From assembly GCA_016432425.1 (NCBI GenBank), contig CP066688.1:578619-642618 (forward strand): 64,000 bases of DNA. Reading direction: 5' to 3'. Source of the DNA: Candidatus Daviesbacteria bacterium (lineage in GTDB: Bacteria > Patescibacteriota > Microgenomatia > Daviesbacterales > UBA10151). A program made the position numbers and the translations under genes. The notes below the pieces were generated by a model. It ran no database searches, was not told where the DNA came from, and was given only the letters and a program-made list of their open reading frames with translations. Below, one piece after another: positions 8,812 to 17,907 of this stretch (position 1 is the stretch's first letter; each line of letters begins with the position of its first letter).

Positions 8812-10443
8812 ATGAAGTATATTTTTGTTTCAGGTGGAGTTATTTCTGGTATTGGCAAAGGCATTGCTGTAGCTTCAATTTCTCTTCTTTTAAAATCTGC
8901 CGGTTTTAAAGTTGCTCCTTTAAAGATGGATCCCTACTTAAATGTAGATGCCGGGACGATGAATCCCCTGGCTCATGGGGAAACTTTTGTTTTGGATGAT
9001 GGCCGGGAAACAGACCAAGATCTGGGCCACTATGAAAGATTTTTAAATGAAAACTTGAATTCAAGTAGCATTGCTACTCAAGGGAGTATTTATTTAGAAG
9101 TTATCAAAAAAGAAAGAAATTTAGAATATGACGGCGATTATGTGGATATTCACAATGTTACCCAGGAAATTATCAACAGAATCCAAGAGGCGGGAAAATC
9201 TAAAAATGCCGACATTGTTTTAATAGAGATTGGAGGAACTGCAGGAGAATATCAAAATGTACTTTTTTTGGAGGCCAACAGACTTTTGAAACTAAGAAAA
9301 CATGAAGATGTTATTCATATCCATATTACTTATCTGCCCATTCCGCATACTTTAGGGGAAATGAAATCTAAACCTGCCCAAATGTCGGTGAGGGACTTAA
9401 ATGCAGTGGGAATTCAGCCGGATTTCCTTTTAGCCAGAGCTGAGATAGGAATTGATGAACCGCGCCGAAGAAGGCTTTCCTTAAACACCGGCATTGAAGA
9501 AGAAGATATTATACCGGCTCCGGATGTCAAAAATATTTATGAAATACCTCTTAATTTTGAGAGGCATCAATTAACTAATAAAATTTTGAAAAAACTTAAG
9601 TTAAAAAGAAGGGCTAAAAATTTGAAACCATGGAAGAAATTTGTCGATAAGATTGAGCAGTCTAAAGATCAAGTCAAAATAGCCATTGTGGGAAAATATT
9701 TTACCTCCGGTGCCGGAGTTTTGGCAGATTCTTATATCTCAGTTATTGAGGCTATCAAACACGCTAGTTTTACCTTGGGTTTTGTGCCAGAGATTACCTG
9801 GCTTGATTCTGGTAAGGTTTTAAATAATGTAGAGGTATTAAAAGATTATCAAGGGATAATTGTCCCGGGTGGGTTTGGTTCCCGGGATATTGAAGGGAAA
9901 ATTTTAACCATTAAATACTGCCGGGAAAACAACGTTCCCTATTTTGGACTTTGTTACGGTATGCAGTTGGCAGTGGTGGAATATGCCAGAAATATCCTGC
10001 AAATGAAAAATGCCAATACCACTGAAGTGGACCCCAAAACCAGATATCCAGTAATTCATGTTATGCCAGACCAAGAAAGAAAACTTTTGACTAAAGATTA
10101 TGGTGGCACCATGAGGTTAGGTGCCTGGCCCTGTTTACTAAAAGGTGGTACTTTGACTAAAAAACTTTATGCCAAGGGTGGAGAGAGAAGAAGTTTAATT
10201 TCTGAGCGTCATCGTCACCGCTATGAATTTAACAATGACTTTTTAGAAAGTTTTTTAACTAACGGCATGCAAATTTCCGGCACTAGCCCGGATGGAAAAT
10301 TAGTAGAAATTATTGAACTTAAAAACCATCCCTTTTTTATTGGCACCCAATTTCATCCGGAGTTAAAATCCAGGCCGTTATCACCTCATCCGCTTTTCTT
10401 AGGGTTTATAAAAGCCGCTGCCAAACTTAATTTGGGGGCTTGA
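8812..10443 (+). CDS. pyrG: CTP synthase
   Basis: N-terminal synthetase motif MKYIFVSGGVISGIGKGI. C-terminal class I glutamine amidotransferase with GLCYGMQ and the HPE region. Confidence 0.9.
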   Translation: MKYIFVSGGVISGIGKGIAVASISLLLKSAGFKVAPLKMDPYLNVDAGTMNPLAHGETFVLDDGRETDQDLGHYERFLNENLNSSSIATQGSIYLEVIKKERNLEYDGDYVDIHNVTQEIINRIQEAGKSKNADIVLIEIGGTAGEYQNVLFLEANRLLKLRKHEDVIHIHITYLPIPHTLGEMKSKPAQMSVRDLNAVGIQPDFLLARAEIGIDEPRRRRLSLNTGIEEEDIIPAPDVKNIYEIPLNFERHQLTNKILKKLKLKRRAKNLKPWKKFVDKIEQSKDQVKIAIVGKYFTSGAGVLADSYISVIEAIKHASFTLGFVPEITWLDSGKVLNNVEVLKDYQGIIVPGGFGSRDIEGKILTIKYCRENNVPYFGLCYGMQLAVVEYARNILQMKNANTTEVDPKTRYPVIHVMPDQERKLLTKDYGGTMRLGAWPCLLKGGTLTKKLYAKGGERRSLISERHRHRYEFNNDFLESFLTNGMQISGTSPDGKLVEIIELKNHPFFIGTQFHPELKSRPLSPHPLFLGFIKAAAKLNLGA

Positions 10444-10491
10444 AAAACTATGGCAGCTTGTATAAATTAATTAGACTCTGCTTTTTGTGAT

Positions 10492-11193
10492 ATGACTACG
10501 GAAAACGAACCTACTGATCAAATAGTTGGATCTCCATTATCTGATAAATTAATTAGAGCTCACATGACAGCAGGTAATATCCTGATACATCCTTTTAATG
10601 ATCAAAACCTACAAAACTCTAGCTATGATGTTTGTTTGGGAAGATATTATTATGCAGAGCAAGATCCTAGTTTTGATTTTACTCTTTTTAATCCTTACAA
10701 CCCCAATCATACTAAAAAGGTTTGGGGAGAAAAACCTTGCGAAGCGGTCAGAGCCCGCACCTTAATGGATAGATTCCATGTTCCAGAGGAAGAGTGGGAA
10801 AATATTGATCCGGAAGATGAAATAATACTGCTCTCTCCAGGGAAAACTTATCTTTGCCATACAACAGAATTTATCGGTTTCCAGAATGTGGGAACCACTA
10901 TGATGAAAGCCAGATCCACTTTGGGTCGGGATTTTATTGAGATTTGTAAATGTGCTGGTTGGGGAGACAATGGTTATGTTAATCGCTGGACCATGGAAGT
11001 TACTAATAACTCGACTCGCTACCACATTCCCTTGGTAGTAGGAACCAGAGTAGCGCAGATTGTTTTCTTTTACACTGGATCAACTGACAGGCCTTATGCG
11101 GCAACGGGAACATACCAAACTACTGATGATTTTGAACAATTAAGAAGGAGTTGGAAACCAGAGATGATGTTACCAAGGTTGAAAAAATCATAA
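10492..11193 (+). CDS. dcd: dCTP deaminase / dUTPase-superfamily protein
   Basis: N-terminal LSDKLIRAHMTAGNILIHPF...SYDVCLG and C-terminal GWGDNGYVNRWTMEVTNNS...RVAQIVFF match Dcd fold motifs. At 233 aa it is longer than typical Dcd. Confidence 0.6.
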   Translation: MTTENEPTDQIVGSPLSDKLIRAHMTAGNILIHPFNDQNLQNSSYDVCLGRYYYAEQDPSFDFTLFNPYNPNHTKKVWGEKPCEAVRARTLMDRFHVPEEEWENIDPEDEIILLSPGKTYLCHTTEFIGFQNVGTTMMKARSTLGRDFIEICKCAGWGDNGYVNRWTMEVTNNSTRYHIPLVVGTRVAQIVFFYTGSTDRPYAATGTYQTTDDFEQLRRSWKPEMMLPRLKKS

Positions 11194-11849
11194 TGGAAAA
11201 AGGTTTATTTATAGTTTTGGAGGGAATAGATGGTTCTGGTAAGAGTACCCAAGCCAGATTATTAAAAAAATCTTTTGAAGATTATGGATTACCTGTGTTG
11301 CAAACCAGAGAACCGGGGGGGACAGAATTAGGCGAAGAGATTAGGGAAATTTTATTAAAAGATCGATACCAAGATAAAATGATGGATCCACTCACCCAAA
11401 CTTTACTTTTTCACGCTGCTAGGCAGGAATTTCTAACGGAGGTAGTAAGACCAGCTTTGCAAAGTGGGGTAACTGTGATTGCTGACCGGTTTGAACCCTC
11501 CAGTTTTGTTTATCAAGGTTATGTTCAGGGAGTAGCCCGGGAAGTGGAGGTTTTGAGTCAGTTAATAGTAGGGAGTGAATTTCAGCCCAATTTGTGTGTG
11601 GTATTAGATATTCCTCCTGAGGTAAGTTATCTAAGAAAATTAAATCCTGATAGAATTGGCCAGGATTTGATTTTTGAACATCAAGGATTGGAGTTTGCCC
11701 GAAAATTAAGGGAGGGTTATTTAGAATATGCTAAACAACATCCCAGTGTAGTTTTATTAGATGGCACCCAAAGCCCGGATAAGGTTCACCAACAAATAGT
11801 TATTGGTTTAAGATCGTTGCTGCTTTTGAGAGGATTAATTAATGCCTGA
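11193..11849 (+). CDS. tmk: Thymidylate kinase. The start is taken at 11193 (TAATG overlap with dcd); the ORF track starts at 11151.
   Basis: P-loop LFIVLEGIDGSGKSTQ and DRY/lid region. Confidence 0.85.
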   Translation: MEKGLFIVLEGIDGSGKSTQARLLKKSFEDYGLPVLQTREPGGTELGEEIREILLKDRYQDKMMDPLTQTLLFHAARQEFLTEVVRPALQSGVTVIADRFEPSSFVYQGYVQGVAREVEVLSQLIVGSEFQPNLCVVLDIPPEVSYLRKLNPDRIGQDLIFEHQGLEFARKLREGYLEYAKQHPSVVLLDGTQSPDKVHQQIVIGLRSLLLLRGLINA

Positions 11850-13542
11850 GCAAAATATTTTGGTACCAGATAAAGAATTTACAACTGAGGATAACTGCCG
11901 TTGGTTTTCCTATTCTCCAGAGCAAACCGGTTTAATGATGGTAGGGATGGAAGATTTAGCAACAGGGGTAGTAGTAACTTCCCCTTTGGCTAATCCCCAA
12001 AAAAGAACTGCTGCCCATAAGGCTTGGGGTGGAGCCAGACAATCAAGGGCCCCTGGTACTCCCTGGGAAATTTATCATGAAATGGGGGAGAAAGGTATTG
12101 ATCCGGACCAAAGACTTGATGAGATGTTTGAACATTATGGTCATCGGTCAGTAGGGGATATGGCGAGAGTTCAAGTTGACCATCATGTCACTCCCATGCA
12201 TTTAGCTTTTGCGATGTTCCAGGAAGGGTATATTGTCTCTGGCCAGGAAAAATCTACCCGCTACCAACCTGCTTTTAGGAAAGCAGTACTTCATCCTTTA
12301 AGCAATTATCTGCCTCTGGATGGTTTAAATCCCCAATTAGAAGAGGCCTATCAAAAATTAGGACAATTATCTTTGGAACTTTTTGCCAAACACAGAACAA
12401 AATTAGCAGAAGCTTATGAGGAATTTTACCAGCCGAATGCCGGCCAGCGTGGGGCTTTTAATTCCCGAGTGTTAGATTCTGCCAGGTATTTTTTACTACT
12501 GGGCCAAGGTACCGGTTTTTCCTATGAAACTTCAGCCCGGGATTGGTCCAGATTAATTTCTGCTCTCAAAGCTTCTCACATTGGTTTTTACAGAAAATAT
12601 GCAACTCAGTTGGAAACATTCTTGGCTCCGGAGGCGGAAATAGAAACCAGTTTAGCCATGAAAGCAGAGGCTCCCAGTTTAATTAGGCACACGGAAGCAG
12701 ATCCCACTGTGAACCAAAATCTAAGAGACTTAAAAGAATTCATTGCCGGAAAACAAGATTTACTAGTTTTCGCTAAAGCCTATGGTAATTTTCCCCGCAG
12801 ACAAAAACAATCAGTTAGTTTAATACCAAATGATGTTAGCTTGGGAGAGCGGGTGGTGATGCAATATATCATGACTTTGTGGCCGGGTTTACCCGCAGAT
12901 GTGGTTTACACTTGGTTATCTACCAGAAAAGATGAGGTTAAAACACATATCAGTAAAATTATTTTTAATGGACATGATAAATATCAGGAACTTCCTTCTT
13001 TGGCAGCCGCTACAAATTTGTCTCTTCAAGTAGTTGCTGACATGGGAGTGCAGCGGGATTTTAACCGCCATCGTGCTTGGGGCAGATTTATGCCTTTGCC
13101 CCTGTTTTATGGAGAGGCTTGGAATAGGCAAAAAGCAGAGCAAGTACTTTGCAAAGGATTTGGTTTGCCGCTATATTTAGCTGAAATTGATGATTTTAAA
13201 GGTGAGGCAGATGAGTTTGGTGCCGATATGGTCAGATTCTATGAAGAAGCATATCGGTTTATGGATCAGGTGGAGAGAGAATATAGTAAAGGGGTGGATT
13301 ATAGCTTGATGGTAAATGTAATGCCGCTTGCCCAAAGGGCAGATTTTTATATGCATGGGAATCCTAAACAAGCTTTGTATTTTACTGATTTAAGGTCCAG
13401 AGCGGGTGGCCATATTAATTACCGGGCTTTGGCTTTTGAGGCGAATAAATTAATTGCTGAATCTGATCCCTATCTTTCTGGCATAGTACTAGATAAAAAA
13501 CCGGATCCAGCTAGTAGAGAAGAATTTTTTGATAGAAGCTAA
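11842..13542 (+). CDS. Tandem-domain flavin-dependent thymidylate synthase ThyX-like protein
   Basis: Two ThyX-like halves. The first half has HYGHRS and S..RY (SGQEKSTRY) but lacks RHR. The second half has FNRHRAW and the C-terminal DLRSRAGGH..YRALAFEA, which resembles ThyX NARSLMNFLNLR..HAQWE. Context is dcd-tmk. Confidence 0.5.
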   Translation: MPEQNILVPDKEFTTEDNCRWFSYSPEQTGLMMVGMEDLATGVVVTSPLANPQKRTAAHKAWGGARQSRAPGTPWEIYHEMGEKGIDPDQRLDEMFEHYGHRSVGDMARVQVDHHVTPMHLAFAMFQEGYIVSGQEKSTRYQPAFRKAVLHPLSNYLPLDGLNPQLEEAYQKLGQLSLELFAKHRTKLAEAYEEFYQPNAGQRGAFNSRVLDSARYFLLLGQGTGFSYETSARDWSRLISALKASHIGFYRKYATQLETFLAPEAEIETSLAMKAEAPSLIRHTEADPTVNQNLRDLKEFIAGKQDLLVFAKAYGNFPRRQKQSVSLIPNDVSLGERVVMQYIMTLWPGLPADVVYTWLSTRKDEVKTHISKIIFNGHDKYQELPSLAAATNLSLQVVADMGVQRDFNRHRAWGRFMPLPLFYGEAWNRQKAEQVLCKGFGLPLYLAEIDDFKGEADEFGADMVRFYEEAYRFMDQVEREYSKGVDYSLMVNVMPLAQRADFYMHGNPKQALYFTDLRSRAGGHINYRALAFEANKLIAESDPYLSGIVLDKKPDPASREEFFDRS

Positions 13543-13871
13543 ATCTGATTAATTTTTGAAAGAGGAAATGAAAGATCGGGATTTAAGACCTCGCGCTAGT
13601 GAAGATAAGGGGCATTTACATTACAGTGACAAAGGGGGGCATAAAGAAAGAAGCCGGTTTTGGCATGCGCTTAGAAAATTAGCCGAAGGCGCAGCTTACT
13701 CGCCCACCAAAGAGCTAGTTTGGCTGATAAGACGTGATATGCCGCGCCATCCCCGTAATGGTAAATAGTCTTCCAGCTTGATTTATTCAGAACTTACAGT
13801 TAAAATACTTATATTACGCACTCACAAGAAGAGTCTGTGAATCTATACTTGTGAGGAGGAAAAACAGACTG

Positions 13872-14726
13872 ATGATTCCTAATGCAAGAGAGTTATTAGA
13901 AGCGGGGGTCCACTTTGGCCATAAGGTCAGCCGTTCTCATCCTAAAATGAAGCCCTATATTTACGGGGCTAAAGACGGTGTGCAAATTATTGACCTCAAC
14001 ATTTGTGAGAAAATGCTGAGAGTTGCTTTAGAATATGTAGAAAATTTGGGCAAAAATGGAGGGACTATTATTTTTGTGGGAACCAAAAAACAAGCCCGCC
14101 CCATTGTGGAAGAGTTAGCCAAAGAGGCCGGAGCTTACTATTTAACCCACCGTTGGATTGGAGGGTTTTTAACTAATTTTGAAGAAATTCAAAAAAATAT
14201 CAAAAGATTAAAAAGCTTAAAAGAACAAAAAGAAAAAGGAGAGCTGGGAAAATATACCAAAAAAGAACAACTCTTAATTGATCGCCAAATACTTAAATTA
14301 ACTTTAGATTTTGCCGGAGTCCTGGATTTGGAAAAAATTCCTGATGCTTTGTTTATAGTGGATACGGTAGCGGAGAGGACTGCCGTGAATGAGGCAGTTA
14401 AATTAGGGAAAACTGACCAGGGAAAAGTGGTTAATGTAGTGGCAATAGCCGATTCAAATAGTGATCCCACATTGATTGATTACCCCATTCCCGGTAATGA
14501 TGATGCCATTAAGTCAATTAGAATCTTAACTCAAGCAGTGGCTGAGGCTTATAAAAATGGTAAGGCCTTAGCAGGTAAGGCAGCTTTAAGGCAAGAGAAA
14601 AAGGCAGCTAAAAAGGTTGCCAAAGAGACAGGGGCGGAAGCTTTGTTAGAAGATGTGGAGATAGCAGCAGCGGAGGAAGAAGTAGAGAAAGAAGCCTTAA
14701 AAGAATCAGAAAGAAAAGTGGAATAA
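13872..14726 (+). CDS. rpsB: 30S ribosomal protein S2 with a Lys/Glu/Ala-rich C-terminal extension. The start is taken at 13872 (MIPNAREL); the ORF track starts at 13851.
   Basis: ELLEAGVHFGHKVSRSHPKM matches the S2 N-terminus. A GAGGAGG Shine-Dalgarno sits 11 bp upstream of 13872. Confidence 0.9.
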   Translation: MIPNARELLEAGVHFGHKVSRSHPKMKPYIYGAKDGVQIIDLNICEKMLRVALEYVENLGKNGGTIIFVGTKKQARPIVEELAKEAGAYYLTHRWIGGFLTNFEEIQKNIKRLKSLKEQKEKGELGKYTKKEQLLIDRQILKLTLDFAGVLDLEKIPDALFIVDTVAERTAVNEAVKLGKTDQGKVVNVVAIADSNSDPTLIDYPIPGNDDAIKSIRILTQAVAEAYKNGKALAGKAALRQEKKAAKKVAKETGAEALLEDVEIAAAEEEVEKEALKESERKVE

Positions 14727-14740
14727 TATAAAATATAATT

Positions 14741-15196
14741 ATGAATATTTCTGTTGATGATATTAAAAAATTAAGAGAACAGACTGGGGTTGGGATTGCT
14801 GATTGCCGGGCAGCTTTGACAGAGGCTAAGGGTGATTTTGAAAAAGCTAAGGAAGCTTTAAAACAAAAAGGTTTGGATAAAGCTGCCAGTAAAGCGTTTC
14901 GGCTAGTCAAAGCCGGAGTGGTAGAAACTTATTCCCACGCAGGTAAAGTGGGAGTGTTGGTAGAGCTGCTTTGTGAAACAGATTTTGTAGCCAGAACAGA
15001 AGAGTTTAAAAATTTAGCCCATGAGCTGGCTTTGCAGATTGCTTCCATGAATCCCTCATCAGTGGAGGAGCTCCTCCAGCAAGAATATATTAGGGATAAT
15101 AGTTTAACTGTTGACCAGTTAGTAAAATCAGCAGTTGGTAAACTGGGAGAAAACATCCAAGTGGGCAAATTTGAAAGAATTGCCTTGGGAGAATAA
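14741..15196 (+). CDS. tsf: Elongation factor Ts (short form)
   Basis: UBA-like N-terminus IKKLREQTGVGIADCRAALTEAKGDFEKA and a TDFVARTEEF core. Confidence 0.85.
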   Translation: MNISVDDIKKLREQTGVGIADCRAALTEAKGDFEKAKEALKQKGLDKAASKAFRLVKAGVVETYSHAGKVGVLVELLCETDFVARTEEFKNLAHELALQIASMNPSSVEELLQQEYIRDNSLTVDQLVKSAVGKLGENIQVGKFERIALGE

Positions 15197-15750
15197 TGGA
15201 TCCTGTTTTAAACGAAGCAAATCAAAAAATCGATGCAGCGCTCAACCATTTCAAAATGGAGATTGCCGGTATTAGAGCTGGCCGGGCCAACCCAGCCTTG
15301 GTAGAAAATATTCCAGTGGAAGCTTATGGCGGCAGGATGAAATTAGTGGAAGTGGGGACAATCTCTGCCCCTCAACCCACCCTTTTAACTGTCCAAATTT
15401 GGGACGCTTCAATTTTATCCAGTGTGATTAAGGCAATTCAAGAATCGAATTTAGGGATTAATCCGGCCTCGGAGGGAACTTTAGTCAGGCTCCCCATCCC
15501 GGCTTTAACACAGGAGCGCCGGGAAGAATTTATTAAATTATTACACCAAAAAATGGAAGTCACTCGGGTAGAAATCAGACAAATCAGAGGAGATATGAGA
15601 GGCGATTGGCAAAAGCAAAAAGAAGAGGGGACAATTTCGGAAGATGAATTTTTTAGAAGGGAAAAACTGCTTCAGGAATTGGTGGAGAAAAAGACTGCGG
15701 AAATCGAAGAGTTGGCAGAAAAAAAAGAGCAAGAGCTAGCGGAGATTTAA
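15196..15750 (+). CDS. frr: Ribosome recycling factor
   Basis: IAGIRAGRANPALVENI and VRLPIPALTQERREE motifs. 184 aa. Overlaps the tsf stop. Confidence 0.9.
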   Translation: MDPVLNEANQKIDAALNHFKMEIAGIRAGRANPALVENIPVEAYGGRMKLVEVGTISAPQPTLLTVQIWDASILSSVIKAIQESNLGINPASEGTLVRLPIPALTQERREEFIKLLHQKMEVTRVEIRQIRGDMRGDWQKQKEEGTISEDEFFRREKLLQELVEKKTAEIEELAEKKEQELAEI

Positions 15751-15753
15751 AAT

Positions 15754-16830
15754 ATGATCATAACTACCATTATTTTTATCTTAAGCTTAGTACTTTTAGT
15801 GGTCATCCATGAATTTGGCCACTTTTTAATGGCCAGGAAATTTGGTATTAAAGTAGAAGAATTTGGTTTTGGAATTCCACCCCGGATCATCGGTAAGAAA
15901 ATTGGTGAAACTTTAGTTTCCCTCAATTGGTTGCCGCTGGGAGGTTTTGTTAGACTCCTGGGAGAAGATGAGACGGACTCTAAAGTTTTAAAAAATCCCC
16001 GCTCATTTGCCGCTCACTCTGCCAAAGAAAGAATTGTGGTAGTAGTAGCGGGAGTGGTGATGAACCTGCTGCTGGCTTGGGTACTATTCTATATTGTGTT
16101 AATTGCCGGAAACTTTAAAATTTTCCATCCCGCTGCCGAACCCAGTGTGTATGTTGCCCGAACAATTGATAATTTTCCCGCCCAAGCGGCCGGTTTAAAA
16201 AATGGGGATCAGGTCTTACAAATTGATGGCCAAAAAATTACTAATATTACTCAAGCAGTGGAAATTATTAAATCTAAAGATAGACAATCGGTTACTTTAG
16301 AAATTAAAGATACCGCAGGCAATCACAAAACTTTAAAACTAACCCCGCAAAAAACTGATGATGGAGACAGAATCATCGGGGTCATCTTCGGCATCAGCAG
16401 TCTGAAAGAATATAAAACTATACCGGAAAAAGTTTTCTCCGGAGTAAGTTATTCCTGGGATTTAACTAAATTAACTTTCGCTGGACTGGGCCAACTGCTC
16501 CATAATTTAGCAGTGGGGGAATTTAAGACAGCTTCCCAGTCTGTCAGTGGACCGGTGGGGCTGGCTACTGCCAGTAATAATATTTTAAAGGTGGGAGTAC
16601 TGCCTTATGCTTGGTTTTTGGGATTAATCTCTTTGACTTTGGCTATTTTTAATATTTTACCAATTCCGGCTTTGGATGGAGGCAGGTTATTTTTCCTAAT
16701 GGTTGAAGCGTTTTTTGGCAAAAAGCTTAAAGCCGAGACGGAAAAATTAATTCACACAATAGGGTTTGCCATTTTAATTGGTTTATCGCTTTTGGTTGTT
16801 TTTTCTGATATTGGCAAATTGCTGCCCTAA
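15754..16830 (+). CDS. rseP: Site-2 protease RseP/M50 family zinc metalloprotease with a PDZ domain
   Basis: HEFGHFLMA (HExxH) in the first TM. Central PDZ. C-terminal LDGG motif. Confidence 0.85.
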   Translation: MIITTIIFILSLVLLVVIHEFGHFLMARKFGIKVEEFGFGIPPRIIGKKIGETLVSLNWLPLGGFVRLLGEDETDSKVLKNPRSFAAHSAKERIVVVVAGVVMNLLLAWVLFYIVLIAGNFKIFHPAAEPSVYVARTIDNFPAQAAGLKNGDQVLQIDGQKITNITQAVEIIKSKDRQSVTLEIKDTAGNHKTLKLTPQKTDDGDRIIGVIFGISSLKEYKTIPEKVFSGVSYSWDLTKLTFAGLGQLLHNLAVGEFKTASQSVSGPVGLATASNNILKVGVLPYAWFLGLISLTLAIFNILPIPALDGGRLFFLMVEAFFGKKLKAETEKLIHTIGFAILIGLSLLVVFSDIGKLLP

Positions 16831-16848
16831 TTTTGTATACTGGGGACA

Positions 16849-17625
16849 ATGCCCAGAATTTTTGGAATCCTTGTTTTAGCCTTATCTATTTTACTTTTTC
16901 CTCCCTCAGTTTTGGCTTTAATTTCTAATAATGCTGTACCCGGTGACAGCACATATCCGGTCAAAATTAAATTAGAAGAAGGTATTGTTTTTTTAACTTC
17001 TTTTAACCCCCGTACTAAAATTTGGTTTTCAGTGACGCGTTCTGACAGGCGTTTCCAAGAAGCAAGTATTTTGTTAAATCGGGGAGAAGCTGCTGAGAAT
17101 ATTTTAACTGAATTAGTTGTCCAAACTGATGTGGCAGCAAAAGAAATTTCCCAAATTAGCGATCAAAACAAAAAACAGGAATTTATTAATAGCTTACAAC
17201 AATCAATCCAGAAATATGATGATGGTTTGTCCTCAATTCAGCAGAGGCAAATTGCTCAGGCTCCGGTTTCTACCTCTATTATCACCAGTCCTGTCCCAAC
17301 TTCTGCACCAACCTCTGTACCGCAACAGACACCAGTTGTTTCTGCCAAACCCCAACCAACCATTGTGCCTGCCCCAACCTCTCCAGCACCTGTCAGTCAA
17401 CCTGTTTCCCAACCAATCACAATTACTCCTCCCGAAGCCAAAAATGGCGAGGAAATTAAAAAAGCCAGGGAGAAATTAGAGGAAATTAAGAAAAAACTAT
17501 CTCATCCCCAAAATCCTCCACTGACCATAATAGAAGATAAAGGCGAAAAAGGTAGCAATACCACAGATGAGGATGAAGGAGACAGGGTAAATAGGGGAAA
17601 TAAAAACGAAAAAATTAACAGATAA
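16849..17625 (+). CDS. Hypothetical secreted protein with a Pro/Thr/Ser-rich low-complexity linker and a Lys/Glu-rich tail
   Basis: N-terminal hydrophobic segment; composition only. Confidence 0.4.
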   Translation: MPRIFGILVLALSILLFPPSVLALISNNAVPGDSTYPVKIKLEEGIVFLTSFNPRTKIWFSVTRSDRRFQEASILLNRGEAAENILTELVVQTDVAAKEISQISDQNKKQEFINSLQQSIQKYDDGLSSIQQRQIAQAPVSTSIITSPVPTSAPTSVPQQTPVVSAKPQPTIVPAPTSPAPVSQPVSQPITITPPEAKNGEEIKKAREKLEEIKKKLSHPQNPPLTIIEDKGEKGSNTTDEDEGDRVNRGNKNEKINR

Positions 17626-17651
17626 AACACTTAAAACACTAATGGTCCCCA

Positions 17652-17687
17652 TGGTAACAAAAAATGCGATCGCATAAAATGTTACCA
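17652..17687. promoter_or_regulatory. 36-bp nested palindrome TGGTAACA-N4-ATGCGATCGCAT-N4-TGTTACCA in the proS upstream region
   Basis: Outer 8-bp arms and the inner 12-bp perfect palindrome share the same dyad centre (17669/17670). Confidence 0.4.
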
Positions 17688-17907
17688 GTATTTACAAAGG
17701 ATATTTAAGGTATATAATCTGATTAGACAAAACCTAAAAATAAAATGAGTTTAGTTGAAGGATTTTTTGATTGGCTAGAAAGACGATTGACGCCCGAAGA
17801 CCAGCGGGCGACTTTAGAAGCGGAAGGTCCAGTTGAGAGCACCTCAGAAAAATAAGAAGTTTACACTTTAGTAATTAAGTTTTAGTATTAAAGAGGAGGT
17901 GTTTTTT

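Noticed and set aside
13556-13768. 70-aa ORF in the rpsB leader
   Set aside because: Arg/His/Lys-rich with odd composition and no Shine-Dalgarno. More likely part of a structured leader or a GC-skewed spacer. Reported only as a finding, not as a gene.
17626-17907. Possible T-box riboswitch upstream of proS
   Set aside because: I could not find the conserved T-box sequence (AGGGUGGNACCGCG) or a specifier-loop arrangement. Left as an unexplained palindrome plus short ORF.
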